Shown here piece by piece: positions 61,837 through 64,000 of a stretch of 64,000 nucleotides of DNA; the first letter of the stretch is position 1; the number at the start of each line of letters is the position of its first letter. The stretch lies in contig OY760427.1 of assembly GCA_963663495.1 (NCBI GenBank), forward strand, positions 412,040-476,039, in the 5' to 3' direction. The DNA is from Rhodothermales bacterium (GTDB taxonomy: Bacteria > Bacteroidota > Rhodothermia > Rhodothermales > Bin80). A program made the translations under genes and the position numbers. A model generated the notes under the pieces. That model had not been told where the DNA came from. It saw only the letters and a program-made list of their open reading frames with translations, and searched no databases.

Positions 61837-61918
61837 TTATTATTCCAGCATGCTTAACGAGCCAGCCGTTTTAATTGTGTATCTTCAGGATCTAAGAAAA
61901 ATGGGGGAGGTACTTATT

Positions 61919-62217
61919 GCGGACGTGGCGAAATCGGTAGACGCAGCAGACTTTAATTGGAGTGCCCGCGCGGAAACGCGCGGTGTAGAACCGCTCAACT
62001 TCGGGGAAAGCTCTGGCACTTCTTGCCGTGCCAATCCCGAGCCAAGCCCGGCCTTGCCGGGAAGGTGTAGAGACTAGACGGGCGGCACCTACGGCCTGAT
62101 GGCTACGGTGAAGGGATAGTCCAGACCACGAACGCCAGATGGCGGCGGCGAAAGCCGAAGTGGTACGAAAATCTGCTTCTCGAAATGGGAGTGCGGGTTC
62201 GAGTCCCGCCGTCCGCA
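61919..62217 (+). tRNA. tRNA-Leu (anticodon UAA) interrupted by a 214-nt intron in the anticodon loop
   Basis: 5' exon GCGGACGTGGCGAAATCGGTAGACGCAGCAGACTT (61919-61953). 3' exon AAAATCTGCTTCTCGAAATGGGAGTGCGGGTTCGAGTCCCGCCGTCCGCA (62168-62217). Joined they give an 85-nt class II tRNA with loop CUUAAAA. Confidence 0.8.
61954..62167 (+). ncRNA. Group I intron (tRNA-Leu UAA / IC3-like)
   Basis: Inserted between U34 and A35. Ends in G (..GGTACG). The internal guide GGAGT can pair with exon ACUUU. Core blocks CCAATCCCGAGCCAAGCC, GGAAGGTGTAGAGACTAGACGGGCGGCACC and GGGATAGTCCAG closely resemble the cyanobacterial tRNA-Leu intron core as I remember it. Confidence 0.75.
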
Positions 62218-62399
62218 CAGGGTGGACCGGCGCGTAAAAAGATGCGCGTTCGGTCATGTGGCGCGAGATGGGTTGGCACCTTCGCAGGCTTGGAACGGAC
62301 ACGGAGAGCGTCATACGCAAGACATCATAAACAATCGCCTGAAAGATTCAGACCTCCGTGACCATAGAAGAATCTGCGAGTAGGTCGCCATAATCGTTG

Positions 62400-62428
62400 G
62401 AGCCTTTTGCAAAACCCTTGAACATCGA
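62400..62428 (+). mobile_element. Solo end fragment of the IS5/IS1182-like element
   Basis: AGCCTTTTGCAAAACCCTTGAA matches the left end at 32794-32816. Confidence 0.5.
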
Positions 62429-62439
62429 CAGCCCACGCG

Positions 62440-62640
62440 GTTATTGAACACGGCGGATCAGAGGTTGGGTAAACTCAAATCAGCGTCACCGATGGGTAGC
62501 AATAGCCGTCCGGGAAACCGAACCCTGATTATGCAAGCTTCGTTGTGCGCCCCACCTTCCGAAGCTCCAAATAACTTTGGTAAATTGTGTGCAGCAGTAG
62601 TATTTTGGGTCCACTCCTAGCCGGTTTTGGAAACCATGGC
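62440..62640 (+). mobile_element. Degenerate remnant of the 3' arm of the IS256 element
   Basis: Collinear with 11810-12010 (…GGCGGATCAGA(C/G)GTTGGGTAAACTCA(G/A)ATCA…CACCGATGGGTAGCAAT…CCTTCCGAAGCTCCAAA…). Confidence 0.55.
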
Positions 62641-62799
62641 CAATCTAAGTCCAGGACTATCCTCCGTCACTCACGGACCGCCTGTACATTCGGATTCAAA
62701 GGCAACACATCCCAGTCTTCCAGCGCAATCCCAGAAGGTGAGATCTGCTTCATTTCGCCCACGCCGGGTTCTACAGGGGAATGCAAAAGGCTCGGATTG

Positions 62800-63075
62800 T
62801 AGGCGCGAAGTCCATCCATAATGTCCTAAGGTATTTTGCTTTTGCTTCAAGTCTCGCGGATGTGGAGGTGCATTCTCTTGGACGGGGTAGCACCTGCACA
62901 GATTTGTCTCCCGAATTCCTCACAGACTTTCGCGTGCCTCTCCCTCCACTCCCTAGGGAACGTACTGTCGTCTTCTCCGCTAACTGCACCACCCGGCGCA
63001 TCCGGGGCAGTATCCGCGCCAGTGAGCGACTGATTGAGCTATTGGAGGGTTGGATGTGGGTGCAACCTTATAAGG
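62800..63075 (+). pseudogene. Possible type I restriction specificity subunit (HsdS) remnant
   Basis: DFRVPLPPLPRERTVV...ASERLIELLEG resembles the conserved PLPPL-EQ..I....ERLIELL region between/after HsdS TRDs. Short and degraded. Confidence 0.3.
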
Positions 63076-63160
63076 TGGGCAGTAACGGGCTAGGCAAATG
63101 TCCCAGTCGGTCAGTCTTGTCCGGCCTACAAGGATTCGGAGGTGGGGTGGCTGGAGGAAG

Positions 63161-64000
63161 GTGTCCGTCCGGTGAAGTACATTATAACCGAGGGCATTTA
63201 CTCTCTCAATTAGAGTAAGTTAGACCGCGATCCGAAGGCTAAATAGGCTGGCGTCGGTTGGGCGTGCAGGAGTCAAGTACCTAACAGCGTGTTCGCAGAC
63301 CAGCACACGGATCTATCGGATAACCCGGGGCACCTGTTTAGGGGCTCCTATGCCGCTTTCTTGACGGTAGCTTGCTGCAAGTCCCGCCTAGCTTTCCAAT
63401 GATGGGGCAAGAGCTCAGCCATGCGTTCGGCAGGATATGTCGGAAGACTGCGTAGTACATCGGCAAGCCATTCAATCGGGTTTACCGATTGCAGCTTGCA
63501 TGTGGCAAAAAGAGCGTACAGTACTGCGGACCGCTGCGCTGCCGCATGCGATCCCGCAAACAGATGGTTTTTCCGACCAAGCGCAATCGCCCGCATCTGG
63601 TTTCGACCAGATTGTTATCGATCTCAACCTTGCCGTCTTCCAGGTAACAAGCCAGCTTCTCCCACCTGTTGAGCATGTACCCCACGGCTTCATCCCATCC
63701 CGCACTCGGCCGGTGCTCACTACTCTCCTCAAGCCATGGCTTCAACTTCTCCAGTACCGGCCGTGCCTCCTCCTGTCGTACCTCTACACGCCGAGCCGGA
63801 CCAGCTCCCTCCTTACGCAACCCACGCTCTATCGCATACAACTGCCGGATTTCCTCCATTACATGGCGCACCTTCTTGGGCTCCTTTTTCCTGCAGTCAT
63901 AAAACTTGCGACGCGCATGCGCCATACATCCAAACAGCGTTATCCCGCCCCGCGTACCAAACGCATCGTACACCACATACCCGTCGGTTTGCATCGCCCC
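63161..64000 (-). mobile_element. IS66-family insertion sequence, copy 3 (runs off the window)
   Basis: Right IR GTGTCCGTCCGGTGAAGTAC at 63161, collinear with 19501 onward. Confidence 0.85.
63348..63994 (-). pseudogene. IS66 transposase with a 1-nt deletion frameshift near 63600
   Basis: ORFs 63482-63994 and 63348-63596 are consecutive parts of the copy 2 protein in different frames. CTGGTCGAAACCAG here versus CTGGTCGAGAACCAG in copies 1 and 2. Confidence 0.85.

Noticed and set aside
61892-62320. 142-aa minus-strand ORF, and 61850-62077 plus-strand ORF
   Set aside because: Both lie over the tRNA-Leu exons and the group I intron, and the RNA interpretation explains the conservation. The intron is too short (214 nt) to hold a homing endonuclease.

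Overview
High-GC bacterial chromosomal segment. The gene content resembles a halophilic Rhodothermia/Bacteroidota genome such as Salinibacter, but that is only a guess. Positions 1 to about 50,000 are a heavily rearranged accessory island ending at tRNA-Ala (49932-50004). It holds nested and decayed insertion sequences of several families: IS256-like, IS4 with a DUF4338 N-terminus, single-ORF IS66 (3 copies), IS5/IS1182-like, IS1595, an ISNCY-like DDE element, and TnpB elements with related MITEs. Between these sit visibly more AT-rich defence-type modules. They are a HEPN two-gene module (17.7-19.4 kb), a decayed QueC-like module followed by an Xre-ImmA/PIN pair (22.4-26.4 kb), and an SNF2-helicase / DUF1156-methylase / DUF499-ATPase triad whose methylase is broken twice (27.1-38.7 kb). 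The most interesting is a translationally coupled operon at 40.4-46.1 kb: a C5-cytosine methyltransferase, a MORC-like GHKL ATPase fused to a complete histidine-kinase core, and a receiver-domain protein with an unknown C-terminal domain, next to a decayed vsr. Other notable items are a 6.0-kb IS256-derived element (6010-12027, with a second copy cut by the window start), TnpB genes inside elements that have terminal inverted repeats and 8-bp target duplications, and a tRNA-Leu(UAA) gene interrupted in its anticodon loop by a group I intron (61919-62217). The IS256-derived element carries a catalytically degenerate transposase paralogue, a 3.4-kb higher-order tandem repeat array and an intact transposase between one pair of 24-bp inverted repeats. 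Positions 50,057-60,222 are ordinary core genes (acnA, hyuB/hyuA-type oxoprolinase pair, recO, a BNR/sortilin-like secreted protein). All calls come from reading the sequence and the ORF track. No database search was run.
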